Made by a program: the position numbers and the translations under genes. This document shows positions 41,707-50,747 of a stretch of DNA of 64,000 nt, piece after piece; position 1 is the stretch's first letter; each line of letters opens with the position of its first letter. Source of the DNA: an uncultured bacterium (GTDB lineage: Bacteria; Verrucomicrobiota; Verrucomicrobiia; CAIQCK01); contig CAIQCK010000103.1 in NCBI GenBank assembly GCA_903870275.1, forward strand, positions 3,819 to 67,818, read 5' to 3'. The notes below the pieces were generated by a model. It was not told where the DNA came from and made no database searches. It saw only the letters and a list, made by a program, of their open reading frames with translations.

Positions 41707-42381
41707 CTACACGGCGGCACTGGGCGGGGTCTGCCCGGTCAACTGGTGACGGATGGCATAGTGGATCAGGTCTGTTGTTGTTCGTAGATCCATCTTCTTC
41801 AACAACCGCGCACGGTAGGTGCTGACCGTCTTCTCACTCAAGCCCAGTTCCGCCGCGATGGTTTTGCCGGAACCGCCGGCCACGATGCGGTGCAACACTT
41901 CGAATTCGCGGTTGGAGAGATTCTCGTGGGGCAACAGCGTGCGCGCGCCCAAACTGCTCGCCAGCCGTTCGGCGAACGAGGAACTGACGTAGGTGCCACC
42001 GGCCAGAATCCTCCGCACCGCGTCGGCAAGTTCCTCCGGCGCGCGCTCCTTGGTCAAATACCCCGCCGCGTGAAACTTCAACGAGCGCATGGCGAATTGG
42101 TCTTCGGGGTGCACGCTGAAAACCAACACCGGCAACTCCGGGCGTCTTTGTTTGACCTCGCGCAGCACGCTCAAGCCGTCACGATCCGGCAGCGAGATAT
42201 CCAGAATCAGCAAGTCCCACCGTTCCCTGCCGAGTTGCCGCAGCGTCCCGGCGGCGTCCGCCGCCTCGCCAAAGACCGCGCCCCGAAACTCTTCCTTCAG
42301 AATCTGTTTGATGCCAAGCCGCGTGGTGGCGTGGTCGTCGGTAATCAGGATGCGGAGCGGTTTGCGGGCAGGTTTTTTCAT
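41707..42381 (-). CDS. NarL/FixJ-family response regulator (REC + LuxR-type HTH)
   Basis: From MKKPARKPLRILITDDHATTRLGI ... LLILDISLPDRDG. C-terminal LSNREFEVLHRIVAGGSGKTIAAELGLSEKTVSTYRARLLKKM is the LuxR HTH. Confidence 0.85.
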   Translation of the reverse strand: MKKPARKPLRILITDDHATTRLGIKQILKEEFRGAVFGEAADAAGTLRQLGRERWDLLILDISLPDRDGLSVLREVKQRRPELPVLVFSVHPEDQFAMRSLKFHAAGYLTKERAPEELADAVRRILAGGTYVSSSFAERLASSLGARTLLPHENLSNREFEVLHRIVAGGSGKTIAAELGLSEKTVSTYRARLLKKMDLRTTTDLIHYAIRHQLTGQTPPSAAV

Positions 42382-43649
42382 GAATGCTTCAAGGGAATCG
42401 CAACCCGGACGGTGGTGCCTTCGCCGGGCGCGCCGTGAATGATCACCTCGCCCCCAAACTCGCGCGCCCGCTCCCGCATGCCCAGCAGGCCCACGGCGCC
42501 GGCGTCGGCCATCTCCCGTGACGAGATGCCGCGGCCGTTGTCCGACACTTCCATCACCGCCCGACCGGCTACGGCCCGCAGCCGCGTGCGAACGCGCGTA
42601 GCTCCCGCATGGCGCGCGACGTTTGCCAGAATCTCCTGGAAGATGCGGAACATCGCCGTGGACCGGCCCGTGTCGAGCACCATTCCCTCCGCCGGCAAGT
42701 CCAACTCGCACTCGATGCCGCTACGCTCTTCAAACTGTTTCGCCCCCCACTCCATCGCCGCCACAAAACCCGACGTGTCCAGCACGGCGGGCCGCAACTC
42801 GGTGGAAATCCGCCGCGCCGTGTTGAGATCGCTTTCGACGCGCTTCATCATCGTTGCAATCCGCCGGCGCACGCCGGACTGGCCCGATTGCTTTTTCTCA
42901 TCCAACCGCCGGTCCAGCCATGCAAGGTCGAGTTTCAAATCCGTAAATGCATGGCCCATTTCGTCGTGAATTTCGCGGGCGATCCGGGCGCGCTCTTCCT
43001 CGCGAACGCTTCGCAGCCGGGCCGCCAGCGTCCGCAACTGTTCCCGCGAGGTCAGCAACCGTTGTTCGACCTGTTTGCGCTCGGTGATGTCGCGAATCGC
43101 GGCGACATGAATGCCGCGCCCCCGGCTTGTGAAATAGCTGCCCGCGATTTCCACCGGGAACACCGTGCCGTCCTTCTTGCGGTGCCAGCGGAGCGGAACA
43201 CTGGTTTCGCGCGCGGCGATGGCTTGCCCGGTTTTTTCCGGTTCCGCGGACATATCGGTCGGTTTCAACTTCAGAAATTCCTCACGACTGTAGCCGTAGA
43301 GCCGGGTCGCGGCGGCGTTGGCGTCCAAAACACGGCCCGTCTCGCCGTCAATCATGAGAATCGCATCGGACTCGATTTCGAACAGCCGGCGATGCCACTC
43401 TTCGGACTCGGCCAGTGCCTCGCCGTCCGGCTTGCGCCCGGCGATTTCGCGCTCGTCCGCCACCCATTTCTCCCGCTGCCGGCCCAATTCCACCGCCACC
43501 GCGTCCAATTCTCTCATCGCCTCGATCAAGTGCCGCTGCGTCGCGGTCTCTGCCGGTTGTTCATCCGGCGCGGCGTCCCACCTTTCCCGTAAAGCCGCCA
43601 GATGCCGCCGGGCTGCCTCGATGCGTTGGTTGATCAGTTTGTCACTCAC
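42378..43649 (-). CDS. PAS-containing NarX-type sensor histidine kinase (HisKA_3 + HATPase_c), cytoplasmic
   Basis: PAS (AILMIDGETGRVLDANAAATRLYGYSREEFLKLK ... IRDITERKQ). HisKA_3 H-box (RARIAREIHDEMGHAFTDLK). HATPase_c (SDNGRGISS, GLLGMRERA). No transmembrane segment. The stop overlaps the regulator ATG as ATGA. Confidence 0.85.
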   Translation of the reverse strand: MSDKLINQRIEAARRHLAALRERWDAAPDEQPAETATQRHLIEAMRELDAVAVELGRQREKWVADEREIAGRKPDGEALAESEEWHRRLFEIESDAILMIDGETGRVLDANAAATRLYGYSREEFLKLKPTDMSAEPEKTGQAIAARETSVPLRWHRKKDGTVFPVEIAGSYFTSRGRGIHVAAIRDITERKQVEQRLLTSREQLRTLAARLRSVREEERARIAREIHDEMGHAFTDLKLDLAWLDRRLDEKKQSGQSGVRRRIATMMKRVESDLNTARRISTELRPAVLDTSGFVAAMEWGAKQFEERSGIECELDLPAEGMVLDTGRSTAMFRIFQEILANVARHAGATRVRTRLRAVAGRAVMEVSDNGRGISSREMADAGAVGLLGMRERAREFGGEVIIHGAPGEGTTVRVAIPLKHS

Positions 43650-43958
43650 ATGTTCAGTTTTGTCAGACGCAGGCCGTCGCCTGCTATCGCCGTTTATACT
43701 GTGGCCGATAATTTGCTCCTTTTTCCAGTGTCAAATGCCCATGACCCTAAAAACTTTCCCCGGTATTTCCCGTTGTCAGCCTGTTGAAACGGCGTAGTCT
43801 GTCCGCCGGCATCGGACGGCGCAATTGGCGAGAGGAGCTTTTCTTCGTTTGAGCCGTCTAATGCCGTGGTGACCCACATGAACTTCAGACCTGGAAACCG
43901 AAGTTGCGCGGGCAAGGATGCCGGTGCCACGGTCAACTTCAGTTTTCGGGTCAAACCC

Positions 43959-46900
43959 ATGACGCCCATGAACATATACACTCAATTCCTTGCCGCGCTC
44001 GCGGCGATAACCCTCCTCTCTCCAACCGGCGTCGCACTCGCCGACAACGAAATCGGCTTCATCGAACGCTTCGCCCTCGCGCCCGACCGCGAAAAGGCGC
44101 TCAGCGAACTCGTGCCCGGCAGCGAGGATTTTTATTACTACCACGCGCTCCATGTCCAGAACGCGCGCGACACCGTCAAACTTGCCGACACGTTGACGCA
44201 GTGGAAAAAGCGGTTCCCCAACTCCGAGCGGCGGTGCGTGATCGAGAACCGCGAGGCGCTCATCGGCTACGAAACCAATCCGCAAACAACGCTGGCGTAT
44301 CTGCGCGAAAAGCTGAGCCTGCATTTCAACCACGTGCAGGAGGCCCGCGACAAAAAACCCGATCTGCCCTCCTCGCTCGACCCGAAACGCATCGCCCGCG
44401 GGGTCTTCGAGAAAGATTCGCTCACCCACGACGGCGGCATGCAAAGCTTCTCCCAAACCGCGCTGGAGGATCTGGTAAAACGCCAAGCGCCGCTCGATGA
44501 ACAGCGCCGCCGCGCTCTGCTGGCGAAGATTCACCGTCCCGATGTGTCACATCTGGTCGAGGTGATCGTCGCCGATTTGAAATGCAAGGAGTCGCGCGGC
44601 TTCGGCGAGTTTGCGATTCACCGCGCATTGTTACCCGACCAACTCGACGCGCTTGTCCGGGCACTGCCGGCGCTGGCGGTGAACGAGGCGTTCGTGTTAA
44701 CGCGACTACGCAAGCTCGCGCCGTCCGCCGATGCCGACATCGAGTTCGGCACCGCCGAGCGCGAGGCGTGGCTGGAGCGCGTGTGGAACTACACGAAGAC
44801 GCTGCCGCCGGCCTTCAACGCGCTGAAAGCTTGCGTGCTTTATCAGCGGCTCGACCACGACCGCAAAAAGAGCGTCTATAACCACGAGCGGTTTCTCGAA
44901 TACGTCAAGCTGCCGCGCAGTTTCTTCTACGTGAACCCGCTCTGGCTCCGGAGCCGGACGCAACTTGGCGAGCCGGTCGCCGATCTCAACATTAGCTTTG
45001 CTGACCCGCTGCCCGGCGTGCGGCCCGTCGGCATGGACGAACCGCTGGTGCGCGATTATTTCGTGCATCTCTTTGCCGCCAACGGCAAGGCCGACAGCGA
45101 TGCCCATGCGCTGCTGTCGCCGTGGACCGATTACATTCGCGAGTCGTGGCTCAAACCGATCCTCGCCGAGGCGATGATCCTCCACGGCATCGGCGACCCG
45201 GAACGCTGGGCGTCGCTGCTCGCGCCCTCGGAATTTCAGCGGTTGAAGGAACGCGTGGACATCGAGTTTCCGCCGACCAACACCCCGTTCACCACGCCCG
45301 GCGCCGACGTGGCGATGGATGTGATCCTCAAAAACACGCCGAAGCTGCTCGTCCGAATATACGAAGTCAACGCCCTGAACTTTTTCCTCGTGCAACACCG
45401 CCAGCTCAACACCGACCTCAACCTCGACGGCCTCGTCGCCAACAGCGAACGCACGCAGACGTTCGACGCCGGCCCATTCAAGCGCGTGCGGCAGACCTTC
45501 AAGTTTCCCGAACTCCGGGGCCGGCGCGGCGCGTGGATCGTGGAGTTCATCGGCGGCGGGCGCAGCAGCCGGGCGCTGGTGCGCGTCGGCCAGTGGCAGT
45601 TACTCCAGCAAACCGGCCCCGGCGGCGATCTGCTGACCGTGCTCGACGAACAAGGCGAGCCGGTGAAGGACGCCGTCGCGTGGCTCGACGGACGGAAGTT
45701 CACGCGCGACGAAAAGCTCGGCCGCATCAACGTCCCGTTCACCCAACAGCCCGGCCGCGCCAACATCGTCATCTCGGACACGGCCGGCACGTTCGCGACG
45801 CTGACGCAGTTCGAGCATCACGCCGAGGACTACCGGCTCGACGCGCAATTTCACGTTGAGCGCGAACAACTACTGGCCCGGCGCGAAGCGACTCTCGCGG
45901 TGCGCACAACGCTCATGCTCGGCGAATCACACCTCGACCCGGCGATCCTCCGCGAGCCGAAGCTCGCCATCACCACGACCACGCTCGACGGCATCTCCAC
46001 AACGCGCGAGGTCCAGGACGTGAAACTGACCGCCGCGCACGAGTTAACGCATACGCTGACGGTGCCTGAGCGGCTGGCGCAACTCCAAGTGACACTCAGC
46101 GGCAAGGTGGACGTGCTCAGCGAGGGCGGCGCCAAGCGCGACTTGAGCGCGTCGCACACGTGGAACATCAACGGCATGGACAAGACCGACGCGATTAGCG
46201 ACGGGCATTTGTCAAAGTTCGGCGGCGATTACGTCTTCGAGTTGCTCGGCAAGAACGGCGAACCGCTCGCCGACCAGCAGGTAGTGTTTGCGTTCACGCA
46301 TCGTGATTTCAGCCGGCCGCAGCACATCGCGCTCAAGACCAATGAGCGCGGTCGCATCGCGCTCGGCCCGCTCACTGGTTTGCGCAGCGCGCGCGCCAAG
46401 TGTCCGAACAATCGCGAGAGCACGTGGGCGCTCGCGGACTTCGAGCGGACGTGGCCCGGCGTGATTCACGCCCGCGCCGGCGAGGCTATCCGGGTTCCGA
46501 TGCCGCTGCACTCGCGAGAGTTCTCGCTGCTCGAAACCCGCGCCGGAACCTTTGTCGCCGACTGCACCGCGCAGATGAAACCCGATGGCGAATTCCTGGT
46601 CATCCCGGCACTGGCCGCCGGCGATTACTCGTTGCGCTTCCGCAACGACAATCGCGAACTCACGGTCAAAATCACCGACGGCAAACCCAGCGCCGGGTGG
46701 TTCCTCGGCAAAAACCGACAACTTCAGGCGAAGAACACCGCGCCGCTCCATATCACCGGCGTGAGCGTGGAAAAAGATGTCATCGAAATCAAACTGGCGA
46801 ACGCCTCGCCGTTCGCGCGCGTCCATGTCGCCGCGTCGCGGTTCGAGCCAGGGCGCGGATTGTTTGGGGGACTAGCCGGCTTTGCGCGATTTGGCGCGGC

Positions 46901-49900
46901 TGAGAGTGCGCCCGCGAAGCAGCCAAACCTTTACGCCGGCGGCCGCGAGATTGGCGACGAGTATCGCTACATCCTCGAACGCCGCAACGGCCGCGTGTTT
47001 CCGGGTAACATGCTCACGCGCCCCGGCCTGTTGCTCAATCCGTGGGAGACGCGAGACACCGGTCTCGCGGAACTCGAACAAAGGGCCGGCGAAATGGCCG
47101 GGGCCACAGCGGGTAATCGCGCCATGTCAAGATACGGCGGCGGCATGGTCGGCACTCCCAACGTGATGGCCGCAGCCGGCGCAGTTGCGGACAGCGATCT
47201 CGATTTCCTCGCTGCGAGCGAGCCGGTGATTTTCAATCTGTTGCCGGACAAGAACGGCGTTGTGCGCGTCGCGCGCGAGGCGCTCGCCGACCGCCAACAC
47301 GTGCAGGTCTATGCGGAGGATCTCGACGACGCCGTCTGGCGCTCGTTTGCGCTGCCGGAGGCGGGGACCAAGTTCACGGACTTGCGGCTCGCGCACAATC
47401 TCGACCCGGCCAAACCGTTCGCGCAGAAAAAGGAAATTGCCGTGCTCAAGCCGGGCGGGGCATTTGCGCTGACCGACACGCTCACCGGCGAACTCGAAAC
47501 CTATGACACGCTCGGCAGCGTGTACGCGCTTTTCACGACGCTCAGCGGCGACGGCAATCTCGCAAAATTCGCCTGGCTGTTGCAATGGCCAAAGCTCGGC
47601 GACGAAGAACGGCACGCGAAATACGGCGAGTTCGCCTGCCACGAGTTGAACTTTTTCCTGTGGCGCAAAGACGCGGCGTTTTTCGAGAAGACGGTGCGGC
47701 CGTATCTGGCCAACAAGAAGGACAAGACGTTCATGGATGACTTCCTGCTCGGTAACGATCTGGCGCGCTATCTCGAACCGTGGGCCTACGCGCGGCTCAA
47801 CGTCGTCGAGCGCGCGTTGCTGGCCCAGCGCGCGAAAGGCGAAGCCGCCAATGCCGCGCGGCATCTGCGCGAGTTGTGGGAGATGGTGCCGCCCAATCCC
47901 GACGAGCAAGACCGCTTGTTCGAGACCGCGTTGCGCGGCCGGGCGCTGGAATCCTTGATCAAACTCGGGGCGGGGACTTTGATCCTCAATGGTTCCAACT
48001 CCTACGCAGGCGGCGTCGTCATCAATGCCGGCAACCTGTCAGTGACGGTGGCAGGAGGAGGTGCACTCGCAACCGCGCCTCTTCCGCCACCCGGCGCCGC
48101 CGCGCCGGCCACTCCCGCTCTCGTTGTGACGAAAGATGCGCGTCACCTCTCTTTTCGTGCCGATCAATTGGAGACGCTGGCGGAGAAGGCCCCAGCAAAA
48201 CAATCGCCCAAAAACCTCAGGGTACCGATGGAAGTTCGGGCTATGGCAGAACAACGCCACGCCATCTTCAAAAAAGCCGGTCTTGCCATGGATGGGGAAG
48301 AAGGTGTTTTGAGAGACAAAAGCGAATCCGGTCGTTGGGGCTACTTCGGCGCAGACGCCACCAAGCACGCCCGCGGCGAGGGGCGCGCCTATTACCGCCA
48401 GCTCGGCGCGACCAAGGAATGGGCGGAGAATAATTACTACAACCTCCGCATCGCGCAGCAAAATGACAGTCTCGTCGGCATCAACGCCTTCTGGCGCGAC
48501 TACGCCCAGTGGGTTGCCGACGGCGCGAAAGCCCCGTTCGTCTCCGCCAACGTCGCGGAAGCGCACAATGACTTCGCCGAGATGATGCTCGCGCTGGCCG
48601 TGCTCGATCTGCCGTTCGAGGCGCCGAAGCACGCCTCCCAAGTCACGAATCACGAATTACGATTCACAGCCGCCAGCCCGGTCATCATCTACCACAAGGA
48701 AATCAAACCGACCGCGCCCGCCGCCGCGCCGCAGGCGGAACTGCTGGTCTCGCAAAGTTTCTTCCGCCAGGGCGACCGTTACCGGCAGGAAGGCAACGAG
48801 AAGTTCGAGAAATACGTGACGGAGGAATTTCTCGCCGGCGCCGTCTATGGCGCCAACATCGTCGTCACCAACCCGACCAGCGCACCGGTGAAGGCCGAGG
48901 TGCTCCTGCAAATCCCGCAGGGCGCGTTGCCGGCGCTCGGCAGCAAGAACACCGATTCGCGCCGGCTGCGGTTGGAGCCTTACACGACCCAGACCTTCGA
49001 GTATTGTTTTTACTTCCCCGCCACGCCGGCCAAGCCCAATGAAACATTCGCCCACTACCCCGTCAACATCGCCGTCGCCGGCCACTGTGCGGCGGCGGCC
49101 CGGCCGTTTGCGTTCAACGTCGTCGTCAAGCTCTCGCAGATGGACAGGGCATCGTGGGATTATCTCTCGCAATACGGCAGCGAGGCGGAGGTCTTCGCGT
49201 TCCTCAACCAGAACAACGTCGAGCGGCTCGACTTCGAGCGCGTGGCGTGGCGCTGCCGGCAGAGCGTGGATTTCTTCCGGAAACTGACGGGGTTCATGCA
49301 GGTCCACCACGTCTGGAACGAAACGGTTTACAGTTACGCGGTCGTTCACAATGACACGCCGGCGTTGCGCGAGTGGCTGCGGCACAAGGACGAGTTCCTG
49401 GCGAACTGCGGCCCGTTCCTCGCCTGCAAACTGGTCGTGCTCGATCCGATCGAGCGGCGCGCTTACGAGCATCTGGAATACTCGCCGCTGGTCAACCAGC
49501 GCGCGCACCGGCTCGGCAACGAGTGGCGCATCGCCAATCCCGCCGTGCGCGACCAATACCTGCGGCTGCTCGACATCCTCGCGCACAAGTCCGCGCTCGA
49601 TGCGATGGACAGCATGAGCGTGACTTATTATTTGTTCCTGCAAGACCGTGTCGAGGAGGCGCTGGCGCGATTCAAGACGATTGACCCGAAACAACTGCCG
49701 GCGCGCGTGCAGCACGATTACTTCCGCTGCTATGCCGGTTTCTACGAAAGCAACCTGGCCGACGCGCGCGCCATCGCGACCGGCTACCGCGACTTCGCCG
49801 TGCCGCGCTGGCAGAAACTTTTCGCCGAGGTCGCCCGGCAGCTCGATGAGATCGAGGACAAAGCCGTCGTCGCGTCGAAGAAATCCGCCGATGACAAACC

Positions 49901-50591
49901 CGACCGCGAGAAACAACAAAGCGAACTGGCGGCGACCGAGCCGGTTTTCGATTTCAAGGTGGAGAACAAAACCATCGCGTTGACCTGGAAACATCTCGGC
50001 GAGGTGACGATCAACTACTACCTGCTGGACCCGGAGTTTTCGTTCAGCAGCAATCCGTTTGTGAGCCAGGACGCCAGCCGGTTCAGCATCATCAAACCCA
50101 ACAAGACCGCCGCGCAACCGCTGCCGAAGGAGAAGGACGCGCTCGACGTGCCGCTGCCCGGCGAGTTTGCGAAGGCCAACGTGCTGGTGGAGATCGGCGG
50201 CGCCGGCCAGCGCAAAGCGCAGGCGTATCACGCCAACACGTTGAAACTGGCGCTGGCCGAAAACTACGGCCGGCTCGAAGCGCGCGACAGCGTCACCGGC
50301 AAGGCGGTGGCGAAGGCTTACGTGAAGGTGTATGCGCGCCTGCGCAACGGCACGGTGCGGTTCTTCAAGGACGGCTACACCGACCTGCGCGGCCGTTTCG
50401 ATTACGCGAGCCTCAACAGCGCCGGCTCCGAAATGGCGCCGGGGATGCCTGGCGAGACAGCGCCCGCGAACGGTCTCGACTACCAGATGCTCAAGCCCGC
50501 CGAGTTGGGCGAAGTGGAGAAGCTGGCGATTCTCATCCTCAGCGACACCAACGGCGCCGCCACCCGCGAGGTCAATCCGCCCCGCCAGTAG
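43959..50591 (+). CDS. Giant (about 2210 aa) secreted protein of unknown function with one embedded autotransporter-associated beta-strand (PATR-like) repeat
   Basis: Uninterrupted ORF. Signal peptide MTPMNIYTQFLAALAAITLLSPTGVALA|DNE. A mixed helical and beta region with no motif I can assign. LIKLGAGTLILNGSNSYAGGVVINAGNLSVTVAGGGAL near residue 1370 matches the PATR consensus. It is divergently transcribed from the NarL/NarX-like two-component system. Confidence 0.7.
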   Translation: MTPMNIYTQFLAALAAITLLSPTGVALADNEIGFIERFALAPDREKALSELVPGSEDFYYYHALHVQNARDTVKLADTLTQWKKRFPNSERRCVIENREALIGYETNPQTTLAYLREKLSLHFNHVQEARDKKPDLPSSLDPKRIARGVFEKDSLTHDGGMQSFSQTALEDLVKRQAPLDEQRRRALLAKIHRPDVSHLVEVIVADLKCKESRGFGEFAIHRALLPDQLDALVRALPALAVNEAFVLTRLRKLAPSADADIEFGTAEREAWLERVWNYTKTLPPAFNALKACVLYQRLDHDRKKSVYNHERFLEYVKLPRSFFYVNPLWLRSRTQLGEPVADLNISFADPLPGVRPVGMDEPLVRDYFVHLFAANGKADSDAHALLSPWTDYIRESWLKPILAEAMILHGIGDPERWASLLAPSEFQRLKERVDIEFPPTNTPFTTPGADVAMDVILKNTPKLLVRIYEVNALNFFLVQHRQLNTDLNLDGLVANSERTQTFDAGPFKRVRQTFKFPELRGRRGAWIVEFIGGGRSSRALVRVGQWQLLQQTGPGGDLLTVLDEQGEPVKDAVAWLDGRKFTRDEKLGRINVPFTQQPGRANIVISDTAGTFATLTQFEHHAEDYRLDAQFHVEREQLLARREATLAVRTTLMLGESHLDPAILREPKLAITTTTLDGISTTREVQDVKLTAAHELTHTLTVPERLAQLQVTLSGKVDVLSEGGAKRDLSASHTWNINGMDKTDAISDGHLSKFGGDYVFELLGKNGEPLADQQVVFAFTHRDFSRPQHIALKTNERGRIALGPLTGLRSARAKCPNNRESTWALADFERTWPGVIHARAGEAIRVPMPLHSREFSLLETRAGTFVADCTAQMKPDGEFLVIPALAAGDYSLRFRNDNRELTVKITDGKPSAGWFLGKNRQLQAKNTAPLHITGVSVEKDVIEIKLANASPFARVHVAASRFEPGRGLFGGLAGFARFGAAESAPAKQPNLYAGGREIGDEYRYILERRNGRVFPGNMLTRPGLLLNPWETRDTGLAELEQRAGEMAGATAGNRAMSRYGGGMVGTPNVMAAAGAVADSDLDFLAASEPVIFNLLPDKNGVVRVAREALADRQHVQVYAEDLDDAVWRSFALPEAGTKFTDLRLAHNLDPAKPFAQKKEIAVLKPGGAFALTDTLTGELETYDTLGSVYALFTTLSGDGNLAKFAWLLQWPKLGDEERHAKYGEFACHELNFFLWRKDAAFFEKTVRPYLANKKDKTFMDDFLLGNDLARYLEPWAYARLNVVERALLAQRAKGEAANAARHLRELWEMVPPNPDEQDRLFETALRGRALESLIKLGAGTLILNGSNSYAGGVVINAGNLSVTVAGGGALATAPLPPPGAAAPATPALVVTKDARHLSFRADQLETLAEKAPAKQSPKNLRVPMEVRAMAEQRHAIFKKAGLAMDGEEGVLRDKSESGRWGYFGADATKHARGEGRAYYRQLGATKEWAENNYYNLRIAQQNDSLVGINAFWRDYAQWVADGAKAPFVSANVAEAHNDFAEMMLALAVLDLPFEAPKHASQVTNHELRFTAASPVIIYHKEIKPTAPAAAPQAELLVSQSFFRQGDRYRQEGNEKFEKYVTEEFLAGAVYGANIVVTNPTSAPVKAEVLLQIPQGALPALGSKNTDSRRLRLEPYTTQTFEYCFYFPATPAKPNETFAHYPVNIAVAGHCAAAARPFAFNVVVKLSQMDRASWDYLSQYGSEAEVFAFLNQNNVERLDFERVAWRCRQSVDFFRKLTGFMQVHHVWNETVYSYAVVHNDTPALREWLRHKDEFLANCGPFLACKLVVLDPIERRAYEHLEYSPLVNQRAHRLGNEWRIANPAVRDQYLRLLDILAHKSALDAMDSMSVTYYLFLQDRVEEALARFKTIDPKQLPARVQHDYFRCYAGFYESNLADARAIATGYRDFAVPRWQKLFAEVARQLDEIEDKAVVASKKSADDKPDREKQQSELAATEPVFDFKVENKTIALTWKHLGEVTINYYLLDPEFSFSSNPFVSQDASRFSIIKPNKTAAQPLPKEKDALDVPLPGEFAKANVLVEIGGAGQRKAQAYHANTLKLALAENYGRLEARDSVTGKAVAKAYVKVYARLRNGTVRFFKDGYTDLRGRFDYASLNSAGSEMAPGMPGETAPANGLDYQMLKPAELGEVEKLAILILSDTNGAATREVNPPRQ

Positions 50592-50747
50592 CGACGCACG
50601 GCGAAAGCGGGAATTCATTGCGGTTTTTGAGATTTCCGGGATGAACTCTGTTGCTTGCTCAGGCTCAAGCAAATCAAAACTCTGTTTCGGATCTAGAGGA
50701 AACACTTCACGCCCACCGGCCAGGGCAAAAGGCTGACAACGCTTCCG

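Noticed and set aside
50592-50747. Hairpin TTGCTTG-CTCAGGCT-CAAGCAA (50651-50672) as convergent terminator
   Set aside because: Short 7-bp stem with no adjacent T-tract on either strand. Too weak to call.
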